The position numbers were made by a program, and so were the translations under genes. DNA of 64,000 nt from an uncultured Bdellovibrionales bacterium (GTDB lineage: Bacteria > Bdellovibrionota > UBA1018 > CAIPTA01). Below, in pieces: positions 26,629-37,409 of the stretch. How positions within the stretch are numbered: the stretch's first letter is position 1; every line of letters begins with the position of its first letter. A model generated the notes under the pieces. That model ran no database searches. It worked only from the letters and a program-made list of their open reading frames with translations, and was not told where the DNA came from. The stretch is from NCBI GenBank assembly GCA_964551325.1, contig CAZKBU010000003.1:287672-351671 (forward strand), in the 5' to 3' direction.

Positions 26629-29259
26629 CTATACAGACGCGGCGATTTGATCGAGCGCGGCAGAGATACCGGAGGCATTGCTACCGCCGGCCTGGGCCAA
26701 CTCCGGCTTTCCACCGCCTTTTCCACCAATCAGAGGGGCTGCGGCCTGAATCAGCTTCCCGGCATTGTAAGTTTTCGTAAGATCGGGGGATACGGAGACC
26801 ATTAACGTCACCTTTCCCTGGCTTTGATCGTGAATGGCGAGCGCGATAAGGCCCGAGGGCATGAGGCTCCGTGATCGCTCGCAAACAACCTTCAGAAAGT
26901 CCGCCGAGCCGTCGCTCAGGGACGCTGCAAGAATCTTCACACCGTTGCGATCTTTCGCCTTGGCCACAAGATCCCGGGCCATGGCTCCGGCCGACTCTTC
27001 CTGCACGGCTTGAAGTTTTTTCTCGAGTTCTTTCTCGCGCGCTTGCAGTCGCTCCACTTTGGCCACTACCTCTTCGGGCGAAACCGCCTTGAGGCGTTCT
27101 TGCACTTCGGACAGCACGTTCACGCGTGAGCGCATGTGGTCCACCGCCGGTTGTCCCGTGAGCGCGGTGATTCGGCGCACACCAGCGGCGATGCCGGCCT
27201 CGCTGGTGATGAGCAGAAGGCGGATTTCCGCCGTATTGTTTACGTGCACGCCGCCGCAGAGCTCGGTGCTTTCGGCCATGGAGACCACACGAACGTCGTT
27301 GTCGTATTTCTCGCCGAAGAGAGCCATGGCTCCGGCCTGGATAGCATCGTCCTTTTTCATAAGACGGGTATTCACCTCAGAGGCGGAGGCGATTCGATCG
27401 TTCACCATTTGCTCCACACTTTCCAGCTCCTCCGGTTTCATGGCCTGGAAGTGGGTGAAGTCGAAACGAAGCACTTCGGGGTTAACCAACGAACCAGCCT
27501 GCTTCACATGGGTTCCGAGCACCTGCCGAAGCGCCCAGTGGAGCAGGTGAGTGCCGGAGTGATTCGCGGCGGTGCGCCGGCGTTGACTCGCGGGCACTTT
27601 TTGGAAATAGCGAGCGCCCACCTTCAGCAAACCTGTGACATCGGCCTTAACAACCGTGAGCTCTGGCAGTGGCTTCTTTACGTCGAGAACCTTCGCCACT
27701 AGGCGTTCACCGTCGAAAATTTCTCCGGTATCGCCCACCTGACCGCCACTTTCGCCGTAGAAGGGAGAGGAGTCGAAGATCAAATCCGCCTTCGTGCCTG
27801 CCTGTACTTCTCGCACTTCCTGGCCGCCCACGAGTATGGCAACGATATTGCCTTCACCGTCACAGTCCGAGTAGCCCGAAAACACGGTCGGCTTCAAACG
27901 GCTCGCCAGCGCAGCATAAATCTCGCTGCCTTTGCTGGTGGCGTCACCTTTCACGCCTCGGCTCTGGGCGCGCTGCTTGTCCATGAGCTTTTCGAAACCG
28001 GTTTCATCCACGTCGAGGCCCTGTTCGGCGGCGATCACGCGGGTGAGATCTACGGGGAAACCGAAGGAGTCGTAGAGAAGGAACACCACATCGCCGGGAA
28101 TCTTTCCGCCTTTTTTCAGTTTTGCCGTTTCCCCCACGAGAATCTCGAGGCCGCGGCCAAGCGTTTCGAAGAACTTGTCTTCTTCCGCTTTGATCGCTGT
28201 TCGCACGAAATTCTCTTTTTCACGCAACTCCGGGTAGGCGCTTCCCATGGCCTTTACAAGACAGGGGACGAGTTTCTCTAAGAACGCGCCCTCAAAGCCA
28301 AGTTTTTTCCCGTAGCGAACGGCGCGACGGAGAATTCGGCGGAGCACATACCCACGGCCTTCATTGGAGGGCATTACGCCATCGGCGATGAGAAAGCTCA
28401 CGGCGCGGAGATGGTCTGCAATCACGCGCATGGCTACTACGTCATCCGGCGCGCCGCCCTGATACTTTCGGCCGGAAAGTTTTTCAATCCCCGCAAAGAT
28501 CTCACGGAACAAGTCAATATCGTAGTTGGTAGGAACGTCCTGGAGGATCGAGGAGATGCGCTCAAGACCCATTCCGGTGTCTACGCTCGGCTTGGGAAGC
28601 GGGGAGAGATTGCCCTGGGCGTCGCGATTAAACTGCATGAACACGAGGTTGTAGAATTCGAGGTATCGCCCGCCGTCGCCGCCCATGCGGTCGAGTTCAG
28701 CATCGCCGGTGTTGTAGGCAGGTCCGCGGTCGAAATAGATCTCCGTGCAGGGGCCACAGGGACCAACGTCGCCCGCTGCCCAGAAGTTGTCCTTTTCGTC
28801 GAAGCGGAAAATATGGTCCTTGGGCACGCCAACGGACTTGTGCCAGATGTCGTAGGCTTCGTCGTCGGTGCGGAAAACGGTTACATACAGGCGATCTTTG
28901 GGGAGTTTGTAAACTTCCGTGCAAAGTTCCCAGGCCCAGGCGATGGCTTCTTTCTTGAAATAGTCGCCGAAGGAAAAGTTGCCGAGCATTTCAAAGAAAG
29001 TGTGATGGCGTGCCGTGAAACCCACATTTTCCAGGTCGTTGTGCTTACCGCCTGCGCGCAAGCATTTCTGAGCGGTGGTAGCGCGGGTATAGGCTCTCTT
29101 TTCGATTCCGGTGAAGACATCTTTGAATTGCACCATTCCGGCCGACGTAAACAGAAGGGTGGGATCGTTGACCGGGACCAGCGATGAACTGCGCTCCCGG
29201 GCGCAGCCTTTCGACTCGAAAAACTTGAGGAACGCTTCGCGGATATCGGCGGTATGCAT
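26629..29259 (-). CDS. alaS: alanine--tRNA ligase
   Basis: 876 aa; class II aaRS core, editing domain HxxxH/CxxxH region and C-terminal DHHA1-like tail; unmistakable AlaS sequence (FTSAGMVQFK, SGTHLLH). Confidence 0.95.
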   Translation of the reverse strand: MHTADIREAFLKFFESKGCARERSSSLVPVNDPTLLFTSAGMVQFKDVFTGIEKRAYTRATTAQKCLRAGGKHNDLENVGFTARHHTFFEMLGNFSFGDYFKKEAIAWAWELCTEVYKLPKDRLYVTVFRTDDEAYDIWHKSVGVPKDHIFRFDEKDNFWAAGDVGPCGPCTEIYFDRGPAYNTGDAELDRMGGDGGRYLEFYNLVFMQFNRDAQGNLSPLPKPSVDTGMGLERISSILQDVPTNYDIDLFREIFAGIEKLSGRKYQGGAPDDVVAMRVIADHLRAVSFLIADGVMPSNEGRGYVLRRILRRAVRYGKKLGFEGAFLEKLVPCLVKAMGSAYPELREKENFVRTAIKAEEDKFFETLGRGLEILVGETAKLKKGGKIPGDVVFLLYDSFGFPVDLTRVIAAEQGLDVDETGFEKLMDKQRAQSRGVKGDATSKGSEIYAALASRLKPTVFSGYSDCDGEGNIVAILVGGQEVREVQAGTKADLIFDSSPFYGESGGQVGDTGEIFDGERLVAKVLDVKKPLPELTVVKADVTGLLKVGARYFQKVPASQRRRTAANHSGTHLLHWALRQVLGTHVKQAGSLVNPEVLRFDFTHFQAMKPEELESVEQMVNDRIASASEVNTRLMKKDDAIQAGAMALFGEKYDNDVRVVSMAESTELCGGVHVNNTAEIRLLLITSEAGIAAGVRRITALTGQPAVDHMRSRVNVLSEVQERLKAVSPEEVVAKVERLQAREKELEKKLQAVQEESAGAMARDLVAKAKDRNGVKILAASLSDGSADFLKVVCERSRSLMPSGLIALAIHDQSQGKVTLMVSVSPDLTKTYNAGKLIQAAAPLIGGKGGGKPELAQAGGSNASGISAALDQIAASV

Positions 29260-29313
29260 AGGTTCTAGTTTTATCCGGACTGCCGCTTTGCTGCAATGGC
29301 GGCAGGCGGGGCT

Positions 29314-31359
29314 TCAGAAATTCGTGAAACCCCAGGCGGGAGCGATTTTTTCGTTTTTAGTGGCGGCGATCAGGGCGCGCAGGAACTGGGATGTCCAAGG
29401 GCCTACGAAATCAGCCCTCTGGAAAGCGCCGAGGTCCATGTTGGCTTCATCGTCGGCCGTACCCGACTCCGGTCCGCCGGGTTTTACGCGGAAATCGAAA
29501 AGAGCCGGGTTTTGAAATGAGGTTTCGCTGCGGATGATCCGAGAGCTCGTGATGCGGTTGCTTTTTACGGCAAAAGCACTCTTCCAGGTGGAGTTCCGGC
29601 CGAGCGACGAGGCTGCCACTTGAGTCTGGGAAAGGAGACCGAAATTGCCCCGGAAGAATACGTTGTTTTGAAGCACAAATTTGGCGGGGGAGCCCAGAAG
29701 GTGCACACCCACGTCGGCGTCGATGAACGTATTGAATTTCACCTGGAAGGAGGGCGTTTGCGCACCGGCCGCCATGCCGTTTCCGGCTTGCATCACCAGG
29801 TTTCGCTGCAGTTTGGCCGAGCATCCGTCGCCAGCCATTACCCCTTGGCCCCAGGGACCAAAAATACCGTTGGCCTCGAACTCGAGGTTGGAATTTTCAC
29901 AGACCACGCCCTTGGAGTTGGATTTTCCTGCTGGGAACACATTTCCAGCCACCGTTACTTCCTTTGACTTTTCCAATCGAAGCGCTGATCCGCCCCGAGC
30001 CTCCAAAACGTTGCCAGTGATTTGCACTCGGCGCGAGCCACGAACGTGAAAGGTGCTGTCGCTACCGAGCTGCTGGGCTGGGGGCTGTAAGCGAAGGCCG
30101 GTAATCACCACGTCCTCAAGCCCGTCGGCCTGAAGAACGGGCGACGACTTTCCGGAAATAACCGTGAGATCCGGGCCAGATCCCACGAGGGAAAAATGAT
30201 CCCGAAGGAGCACTGGCTTCTCCTCCAAGTATTTTCCTTCCATCACCTTCACTACCACCCGCTCCGCTTCGGCGGGGCTTAGTTCTCGATCACGAGCGGG
30301 AGTGAAGCGCTTGGGGTCCATACGAGGCGCTTCGCCCGATTCGATGGCGGCGATGGCCGCGTTTACGGACTTATAGGCTCCTTCCACCGAAGGCGACACG
30401 AGCACTCCCCGGCCCATCACGACTCCAAGCATCGCGGGCGGCATGGCCTTAAGCTTAGACGCTTTGGTCACCAGCTGCTGGAGGGCACTGGCTAGCACGC
30501 CCTTTTGTTTCGGCAGAAGAATTCCCACTAACTCACCTTGGGAATTGATGAGGCCGGTTCCGGCGTGTTCGGGCTTGAGTTCCCAGGGAAACGTGCGGAG
30601 GGCGCTGTTGTCTTTGGTAACCGAAAGGGTGCCCTTGTCTTGGTTCAGGCCGGCCAGTTTTCCCATCATCACTTTCGATTTTGTGGGAGTGCCGGGGGCA
30701 GAACTTTGGTTGTGAACAATAATGAAAAGGCTGGTTTGGGGGCGCTCGTCTATGGCGCGGGTAAAGGGGATTGCTGCTGGCCGGATCTCTGGGTCCAGGA
30801 GCACCAGATCGAGCTGCTCGTTCACGAGGGCGATGTCGGCGTTGTATTGCTCGCCATCGTGCTGAGTGATCACCACTTCGTCGGCCCATTGCACGCTGTT
30901 GCCGAGCACCACCGATAGGGGGGCGGCGATGTAACGAGCTGACCGTCCGCCGCCTTCGCCCAGGGCCACGCCCATTCCCGAGCCGAGCACGTTACCGCCG
31001 CCATCGCGCACGGTCACGGTAACCATCGCCTCTTTGTAGCGGTCGAGAAACATTTCGGCCACTTTCACGGTGCCGTCTTTAGTGCGGAAGCGCCCGAGCG
31101 ACTTTGAGGCCCCGGGGTCGGCAATGATGGTGTCTTGCTGCTGTTGTTGCCCGGGTTGTTGCGTGGGCTGTGTTTGTCCCGGCTTGGCGGCTCCTTGTGA
31201 GGGAGGCGGTTCCGTGGCTACGCCAGAGTTTGACGTATTGCTCTTGAGGCCTGTGATCGGCGGCAAAGCCGGATCGTCGGCTGCTTTGCCGTGAAGGGAA
31301 AATAAAATACCCAGGCCCGCGAGTGCGAGCACTGGGGATTTTCGGAACTTACCGACCAT
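29314..31359 (-). CDS. secreted protein with N-terminal trypsin-like (S1) fold domain and C-terminal parallel beta-helix repeats
   Basis: signal peptide; DIALV and HAGTGLINSQGELVGIL resemble S1 Asp and 'GDSGG' regions but the canonical Ser motif is not intact; C-terminal NVxxxG-type beta-helix repeats. Confidence 0.4.
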   Translation of the reverse strand: MVGKFRKSPVLALAGLGILFSLHGKAADDPALPPITGLKSNTSNSGVATEPPPSQGAAKPGQTQPTQQPGQQQQQDTIIADPGASKSLGRFRTKDGTVKVAEMFLDRYKEAMVTVTVRDGGGNVLGSGMGVALGEGGGRSARYIAAPLSVVLGNSVQWADEVVITQHDGEQYNADIALVNEQLDLVLLDPEIRPAAIPFTRAIDERPQTSLFIIVHNQSSAPGTPTKSKVMMGKLAGLNQDKGTLSVTKDNSALRTFPWELKPEHAGTGLINSQGELVGILLPKQKGVLASALQQLVTKASKLKAMPPAMLGVVMGRGVLVSPSVEGAYKSVNAAIAAIESGEAPRMDPKRFTPARDRELSPAEAERVVVKVMEGKYLEEKPVLLRDHFSLVGSGPDLTVISGKSSPVLQADGLEDVVITGLRLQPPAQQLGSDSTFHVRGSRRVQITGNVLEARGGSALRLEKSKEVTVAGNVFPAGKSNSKGVVCENSNLEFEANGIFGPWGQGVMAGDGCSAKLQRNLVMQAGNGMAAGAQTPSFQVKFNTFIDADVGVHLLGSPAKFVLQNNVFFRGNFGLLSQTQVAASSLGRNSTWKSAFAVKSNRITSSRIIRSETSFQNPALFDFRVKPGGPESGTADDEANMDLGAFQRADFVGPWTSQFLRALIAATKNEKIAPAWGFTNF

Positions 31360-31388
31360 GGCGTCAGCTTAACATTCCGGCGTTTTTG

Positions 31389-32477
31389 TTACTGAATTTT
31401 CTTGGCGGGCTTGGCCGTTTTGTCGGACTTGTCTTCCGACTTCGGCTCAGCCTTCACAGCGGCGCCCTCTACCCCTTTGGCGGTGAGGATCTTTGCGCGG
31501 AGCTCGTCGATCAGCTTGGAGTGATCTTTGAAGTACTCCCGCACGGCTTCGCGTCCCTGACCGAGGCGTTCACCGGCGTAGCTGTACCAGGTGCCGCTCT
31601 TCTCCACGATGTTCATGTTCGTGGCGAGATCGAGCACGTCGCCTTCGCGGCAGATGCCTTTCCCGTAGAGAATGTCGAACTCGGCCTCTTTGAAAGGAGG
31701 GGCCACTTTGTTCTTCACTACTTTTACGCGGGTGCGGTTACCGATCACGTCGTCGCCGTTCTTGATGGCGGCGATACGGCGCACGTCCATACGCACAGAG
31801 GAGTAGAACTTGAGGGCATTACCACCGGTGGTGGTTTCCGGGTTGCCGAACATCACGCCGATTTTCATTCGCACTTGGTTGATGAAGATCACGGTGCTCT
31901 TCGACTTGCTGATGGAGCCGGTGAGTTTACGGAGAGCCTGGCTCATGAGGCGGGCTTGAGCGCCCATGGTGGCATCGCCCATGTCGCCTTCGAGTTCCGC
32001 GCGCGGCACGAGGGCAGCCACCGAATCCACCACAAGAATGTCCACAGCGGAGCTCTTGATCAGCATGTCGGCGATCTCGAGGGCCTGTTCGCCGGTGTCG
32101 GGCTGGGAGATGAGCATGTTGTCCACGTCCACGCCGAGCTTGCGCGCGTAGTTCACGTCGAGCGCGTGTTCGGCGTCTACGAATGCCGCCGTTCCGCCCT
32201 GCTTCTGGCACTCGGCCACGATGGAAAGGGAGAGGGTGGTTTTACCCGAAGACTCGGGACCATAGATCTCCACGATCCGGCCCTTCGGAATGCCACCGAT
32301 GCCGAGAGCGAGGTCCAAGGAGAGGCTGCCCGTAGGAATTACACCAACGCCTTCATTGAGGGTTTGGCCTGTGCCCAGGCGCATGATGCTGCCGCGGCCG
32401 AACTGCTTCTCGATCGATTGAATCGCAAGTTCGAGAGCCTTCGATTTGTTGGCTGCAGTGTTGGTGTTGGTTTCCAT
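31389..32477 (-). CDS. recA: recombinase RecA
   Basis: ORF 31389..32561; start reassigned to Met29 (32477) preceded by GGAGAT RBS; Walker [10 protein letters not shown]; canonical RecA sequence. Confidence 0.95.
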   Translation of the reverse strand: METNTNTAANKSKALELAIQSIEKQFGRGSIMRLGTGQTLNEGVGVIPTGSLSLDLALGIGGIPKGRIVEIYGPESSGKTTLSLSIVAECQKQGGTAAFVDAEHALDVNYARKLGVDVDNMLISQPDTGEQALEIADMLIKSSAVDILVVDSVAALVPRAELEGDMGDATMGAQARLMSQALRKLTGSISKSKSTVIFINQVRMKIGVMFGNPETTTGGNALKFYSSVRMDVRRIAAIKNGDDVIGNRTRVKVVKNKVAPPFKEAEFDILYGKGICREGDVLDLATNMNIVEKSGTWYSYAGERLGQGREAVREYFKDHSKLIDELRAKILTAKGVEGAAVKAEPKSEDKSDKTAKPAKKIQ

Positions 32478-32567
32478 TTTTATCTCCTTTTTCTCCGCCG
32501 AAGCGGGTGTACCGTAAACGTGTAAGTGAATTGAGCTTAGCGAATGCCCGCGTCCGTGCAACCGATT

Positions 32568-33857
32568 TCAACCGAGATCTTCCAAGATCATCAGTCGCAG
32601 GGCGTCTAACGCAAGGTTCATGGCGATTACGCGATTCTGATCCCTTGAACCTTTCCCGTTCAAAATCACCTGGTGGAGCGTTTTCATACGATGTGGTCCC
32701 AGAATCGCTACATAAACAGTGCCCACGGGTTTGTCGGGAGTGCCGCCGTCGGGGCCGCTGATTCCGGAAATGGCGAGAGCATAGTCGGTGCCGAGCTTTT
32801 GCTTAATGCCCTGGGCCATTTCCTCCACCGTGGATTGGCTCACGGCGCCATGATTTTCCAGGGTCTGTTTTCGTACGCCGAGCAGCGCTTCCTTGGCGGC
32901 GTTCGCATAACTTACCGCTCCTCCCACAAACACGCTCGACGAGCCGGAAAAGTCGGTGAAGGTTTTTCCCACGAGTCCCCCGGTGCAGCTCTCGGCGGCG
33001 CTTAACGTGAGGCGATGGGCGCGCAAGATTTGAAAAACCACATCAGGAATCGTTTTGCGCTCGCGAGTTACGAGAATATCAGTGGTCACCTTTTCCACAT
33101 GCGCCACGAGCGCGGCCACTTCTCTTTCACTCGGGCTCTTCCGGCCTGCCTCCTCCCAAGTTTCCAAAGACAAATCGATGCAGGGAAAGGTGATGTGGAC
33201 GCCAAAGTAAAAAGTGTGGGGATACTTTTTCTCGAGTTTCTCCACCTGCGGAGCGATCTCTTGGTAGAGCTTGCTTTCACCCCACCCAAAGGTGCGCCAG
33301 AATGCGGAATGAGTTCTTCGCTTCTGAAAGAGCTCCTGCGCTTTCGGCAAAACGGAAGCAAGAAACATAGGACGGCATTCCGTGGGAACACCGGGGAGAA
33401 AACAAATCTGGCTGCGCACGAGCTTGATCCAGAATCCGGGAGCGGTTCCTGACGGATTCTCCACGAGTGCGGCGCCCCGGGGGACTCGGGCAAGGCGCTT
33501 GCGGCTCGTCGTGAGAGGAAGCTTTCTCGCAGCGTAGCGTTCTTTCACATGACGTAACGACTCTGGCGTGATTGTCAGTGGGCGACGAAATTCACGAGCG
33601 GCGGCCTCCGCTGTGCGATCATCGTTGGTGGGGCCTAGTCCGCCCGTGACTACCACGAGCGGATACCGGGAAGCCTCGCGTAGGGCGTGGCGTATGCGAT
33701 CGGGCTCATCGCCCACGGCGCGCACCTCCGCTACGGGCACGCCTGCCACACGCAGCTCTTCGCCGAACCATTGGGCGTTAGAGTTGAGCGTGCGACCGTC
33801 GAGAAGTTCGTTGCCGATGGAAAGTAGGAAAACGCCTTGAGGCCGAGTTCTGAGCAT
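32568..33857 (-). CDS. cinA: CinA (competence/damage-inducible protein A; MoCF-like N-domain + nicotinamide-nucleotide amidase C-domain)
   Basis: 429 aa; classic cinA-recA gene order. Confidence 0.8.
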   Translation of the reverse strand: MLRTRPQGVFLLSIGNELLDGRTLNSNAQWFGEELRVAGVPVAEVRAVGDEPDRIRHALREASRYPLVVVTGGLGPTNDDRTAEAAAREFRRPLTITPESLRHVKERYAARKLPLTTSRKRLARVPRGAALVENPSGTAPGFWIKLVRSQICFLPGVPTECRPMFLASVLPKAQELFQKRRTHSAFWRTFGWGESKLYQEIAPQVEKLEKKYPHTFYFGVHITFPCIDLSLETWEEAGRKSPSEREVAALVAHVEKVTTDILVTRERKTIPDVVFQILRAHRLTLSAAESCTGGLVGKTFTDFSGSSSVFVGGAVSYANAAKEALLGVRKQTLENHGAVSQSTVEEMAQGIKQKLGTDYALAISGISGPDGGTPDKPVGTVYVAILGPHRMKTLHQVILNGKGSRDQNRVIAMNLALDALRLMILEDLG

Positions 33858-33927
33858 GGGGGAACGGTATCAGAAAAGGGGATCGGGGTGGAGACCTTGG
33901 ATGTTATAAGAAGACAAGGGAGTATGC

Positions 33928-34545
33928 ATGCAGCAGTTATCAAAAGCGGTTTGGTATCTTCACGTGGATGGTGAGGTGTTCGGTCCAATGGGTGCAACCG
34001 CCATTGCCGTGATTTTGGAACAGCAGCGTGCCAGTTTTGTGGACTTCGTGTGGACCCGCGGATTTTCCCGATGGGAGCGAATATGCGATGTGGACCTTTT
34101 CTGTGCACTCGCTCCCGCTTATCCAGTAGTTTCTACTCCCGACCCAGGCAGTGTTTTTTCAGGACAGCCGGGCGAGCGCCGAGTGGTGAAGGCCCCTGAG
34201 CGCTGGCCGGAACCGCCTCGTCCGACTCGCCAGCGTAAGCCGAAATTGCGACGCGATTTCGAGGTGTTGTTCAGCGAGGCGGTGGAGATAATGGGGCATG
34301 GCACCTACTCTTCAGCCAATCTCCGCGAGGGGGGTATCTACATCTTGACGGATGAACCGATTTTGCCCGGGATGGATGTAATTTTGAAGTTTTCGCTTCC
34401 AGATGGCCCGGTGAAAATCGAGGGGCGAGTGATTCGCGCAAGCAACGGAGAAGCGGAGCCGCGGGGGTTTGCTGTGGAGTTTACAGATCTCTCAAGTGAG
34501 GTAAAACTCAGGATTCAGAATTTTTTGATCCAGCGAAAGCGCTGA
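33928..34545 (+). CDS. DUF4339 (GYF-like) - PilZ fusion protein
   Basis: N-terminal AVWYLHVDGEVFGPMGATAI...WTRGFSRWE module as in 21579..23528; C-terminal RQRKPKLRR ... NLREGG PilZ-like motifs. Confidence 0.55.
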   Translation: MQQLSKAVWYLHVDGEVFGPMGATAIAVILEQQRASFVDFVWTRGFSRWERICDVDLFCALAPAYPVVSTPDPGSVFSGQPGERRVVKAPERWPEPPRPTRQRKPKLRRDFEVLFSEAVEIMGHGTYSSANLREGGIYILTDEPILPGMDVILKFSLPDGPVKIEGRVIRASNGEAEPRGFAVEFTDLSSEVKLRIQNFLIQRKR

Positions 34546-34550
34546 AACGC

Positions 34551-35012
34551 TCAAGAAAATCGTTGTAACAGATACACCACCACGAGACTGATTCCTCCGG
34601 CGAGAGCGTCGTCGAGCATGGCTCCGAATCCGCCCTTCACGCGGGAGTCGGCGAGGGAGATGGGGAACGGTTTCCAAATGTCGAAGATTCGGAACGTCAC
34701 GAAGGCGGCCCCGAACATCCAAATATTTCCAGCGGCGGTGGCGCTCGCGAGAAAAATCCCCACCACTTCGTCGATCACGATGTCTTGCGGATCTTCAGCA
34801 CCGCGGGCGCGGATCACGATTTCACTCGCAAGGGTGCCGAGCGCAAAAACGAGAGCTACAGCACTCCATGCCGGCACTGGCGGAAGCTGCCAGAGAAACC
34901 AGGCCACCGGCAGCGCCGCTAATGACCCAGCAGTGCCCGGGGCCCTGGGGAATTTCCCCAACCAGCCAAACGAAGCCACGAAATATGCGATGCGAAAACT
35001 AATGCTCTGCAT
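34551..35012 (-). CDS. pgpA: phosphatidylglycerophosphatase A
   Basis: 153 aa; FGWLGKFPRAPGTAGSLAALP PgpA signature. Confidence 0.75.
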   Translation of the reverse strand: MQSISFRIAYFVASFGWLGKFPRAPGTAGSLAALPVAWFLWQLPPVPAWSAVALVFALGTLASEIVIRARGAEDPQDIVIDEVVGIFLASATAAGNIWMFGAAFVTFRIFDIWKPFPISLADSRVKGGFGAMLDDALAGGISLVVVYLLQRFS

Positions 35013-35090
35013 TCTTCACCAGGATACCCTCCGGGCTTTCCCGATGCAAAACCTCTGGAAATCCTTTAGGGTGACCCGAGTGGGGGCAGG

Positions 35091-36311
35091 GTGGAAGAAC
35101 TGATCCGATACATTGATTCGCTTTATCTAGGGCGCGACCTGATGGATCTCATGTTGCGCGGAAAGAGCGTGATCGATTCCCGGCGAGGACTGGCGATCGC
35201 CACTCGCGATTCCGCCGCTCGTTTTCTTGCGGGCTACGGCTACAATCTCGATAATCCGGTGGAGGCCGCCGAGCTTCTTGGGAACTACCAGGAGGCGCTG
35301 CAGTTTATTCGCAAGTATTTCCTGAAGCCGGAAGCTCCCGAGGGGGCTGACCTGGAAATACCCCGCATGTTTTTCGAAGTGAGCGATGTGCGAGACCTTT
35401 TTGTGTGGGCGGGCGACAAAGGCCTGGCCCATGAGGAAGTGCTCCGGATGCGCTGGGCTTGTGCCGTGCTAAGGGTGATGCACACGATTTCCCATATCGA
35501 TAAGGATCTCCGTCACGATTACTTCTCCACCATCCAGCAGCAGGTTTTCGACCGTTTCTACAAAGAGCTGCACAACGTGGACGGTAAGCTCTTCCTGAGC
35601 GATCCCAAGAGCGACGGTATCGAGCTCGTGAAGTTTCAAACCAAGCCGCGGAAGGCTCGCGATTCCTTGATTATTAAGCTCCTTCATAAGGCCGAAAATG
35701 TGGCGGAAGAAGTTTTCGATCAAGTGGGCGTGCGTTTTGTGACAAAGAGTTCGGTCGACACCGTGCGAGTGTTGATGTTTCTCAACGACCGGAACATTGT
35801 GATGCCGATGAACCTGCGTCCCTCCCGATCGCGCAACAATCTCGTGGACCCGCTCGTGTATCGCCGCACTTGGAGAGAAGCGAAGCGCGAGGTGAAGGGC
35901 GGTATTCTTTCCTCGCGGGCTGAAGTCGACGGGCTTATGGAGCGGGCCCTGGAGGCGGGTGCGCAGCGGGGCGACGGCAAGGGCCATAACCCGTTCTCCA
36001 GCGCCAATTATAAGTCGATTCAGTTCACCTGTCGGCAGCTCATCAAGTTTAAAAATCCGGCTTACGAACAGCTGAAGGCGCTGCGCACGGCCCTCAAGGG
36101 GTCAGTGGACCCGGCCGTGAAGGCTGCCGTGGAGCAGATCGATATTTCACGGCTCACCCGGGAGCAGCGGTTCTTTTACCCCTTTGAAGTGCAGATCGTG
36201 GATCTGAAGAACCATCAGGAGGCGGAGAGCGGCCAGGCTTCTCACACCGCCTACAAAGCGGCCCAACAGCAGACCGCCATGAAGCGAGTCCTGGGGCAGC
36301 TGCTCGACTAG
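35091..36311 (+). CDS. conserved hypothetical protein
   Basis: 406-aa protein-like ORF without a domain I can assign. Confidence 0.5.
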   Translation: MEELIRYIDSLYLGRDLMDLMLRGKSVIDSRRGLAIATRDSAARFLAGYGYNLDNPVEAAELLGNYQEALQFIRKYFLKPEAPEGADLEIPRMFFEVSDVRDLFVWAGDKGLAHEEVLRMRWACAVLRVMHTISHIDKDLRHDYFSTIQQQVFDRFYKELHNVDGKLFLSDPKSDGIELVKFQTKPRKARDSLIIKLLHKAENVAEEVFDQVGVRFVTKSSVDTVRVLMFLNDRNIVMPMNLRPSRSRNNLVDPLVYRRTWREAKREVKGGILSSRAEVDGLMERALEAGAQRGDGKGHNPFSSANYKSIQFTCRQLIKFKNPAYEQLKALRTALKGSVDPAVKAAVEQIDISRLTREQRFFYPFEVQIVDLKNHQEAESGQASHTAYKAAQQQTAMKRVLGQLLD

Positions 36312-36440
36312 CCTTTTCTTCCTACTATTCAATTTATGAATAATAACCTGCTAACTATGATTTTTACTTCTGTCTTAGCGACGCGTAAACCCTGCGCAAG
36401 TTTGAAAAACCAAACCAACAACAACTTTGAACGCAGGAGA

Positions 36441-36911
36441 ATGAAAATGAATAAGTTGATCGCAGTATTGGCAATCGCAATGGCATCCACCACCGCAATG
36501 GCAGACGGTTTTCAGTGTGAATCCGCTGACGGCCTCGTGGCAAAAGTATACAACCACACCGCTCCGGAAGCCGGAACCCGCAACGCCGCCGTGATGGTGC
36601 TCTCGGATGCCGCCGTTGGTGCCGGTCGGAAGACGATCGCTCGCTTCACCGACGTGAACGGAACGCTCACGAATGCCGGAGCGATCTACATGGCCCGCGT
36701 GGACCATCGCTTCAACGACAGCAACCGTAAGGGCGAGCTCCTCGCCGGAACCAAGATCGCCTTCGTGAAGGACATCGAGCTTCGCATCGATTTCTCCTAC
36801 GGTGCCCCTGTGGCCAGCGGTGACCACGCTCCCGGCGTGCTCACGATCATTAAGCGCAATGGCGATGTGACGGGCGTAGAAATGGACTGCTACCGTTATT
36901 TGAAGAACTAA
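36441..36911 (+). CDS. secreted hypothetical protein
   Basis: AGGAGA RBS; signal peptide MKMNKLIAVLAIAMASTTAMA; strong terminator immediately downstream. Confidence 0.6.
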   Translation: MKMNKLIAVLAIAMASTTAMADGFQCESADGLVAKVYNHTAPEAGTRNAAVMVLSDAAVGAGRKTIARFTDVNGTLTNAGAIYMARVDHRFNDSNRKGELLAGTKIAFVKDIELRIDFSYGAPVASGDHAPGVLTIIKRNGDVTGVEMDCYRYLKN

Positions 36912-36952
36912 GTCTGGACGGGGAGGCATGCCTCCTTATCTAGGAAGAGGGG

Positions 36953-36984
36953 TCCCCGGCTTTCGAAAGGAAGCCGGGGTTTTT
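36953..36984 (+). terminator. rho-independent terminator
   Basis: 9-bp stem ccccggctt/aagccgggg with 8-nt loop followed by TTTTT. Confidence 0.7.
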
Positions 36985-37094
36985 GATTAGGGCGTATCAG
37001 TAGACTGTGGCCTTTGACATCGACGGGGGCCAAGGCATGGATTTAGGAGTTTAAGTCCACGCACCATTTTAAGGGGCGTCTGATTGAGTTAGAA

Positions 37095-37409
37095 ATGGAA
37101 GCCATGAAATTAATTTTACTATCCGTTATGGCACTCGTGTTTCCGGTGATCAACGCCCAAGGCTCGGAGATTGCTATTCAATACCGCGCGCGCTGCTCGG
37201 AATGCCACGGAGCAGGCGGAGTCAGTGGTGTTTCCTATATTCCTAATATCGGGGGGCAAAAGGCCGAATACCTAGCCACACAGCTGAAGGATTTTCGTGA
37301 CGGCCTGCGCTCGGGTTCCGCGATGCCGATCGTAGTTCGAAGAATGACTAACGAAGAAATCAGCGCTCTCGCCGACTACATTTCTTCGCTCGACAGGTGC
37401 GCGCCCTAG
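37095..37409 (+). CDS. class I c-type cytochrome (single haem)
   Basis: signal peptide; CSECH haem-binding motif; 104 aa. Confidence 0.7.
   Translation: MEAMKLILLSVMALVFPVINAQGSEIAIQYRARCSECHGAGGVSGVSYIPNIGGQKAEYLATQLKDFRDGLRSGSAMPIVVRRMTNEEISALADYISSLDRCAP

Noticed and set aside
27059-29187. Several plus-strand ORFs (27059..27550, 27136..27702, 28411..29187)
   Set aside because: All antisense to alaS, whose identity is certain.
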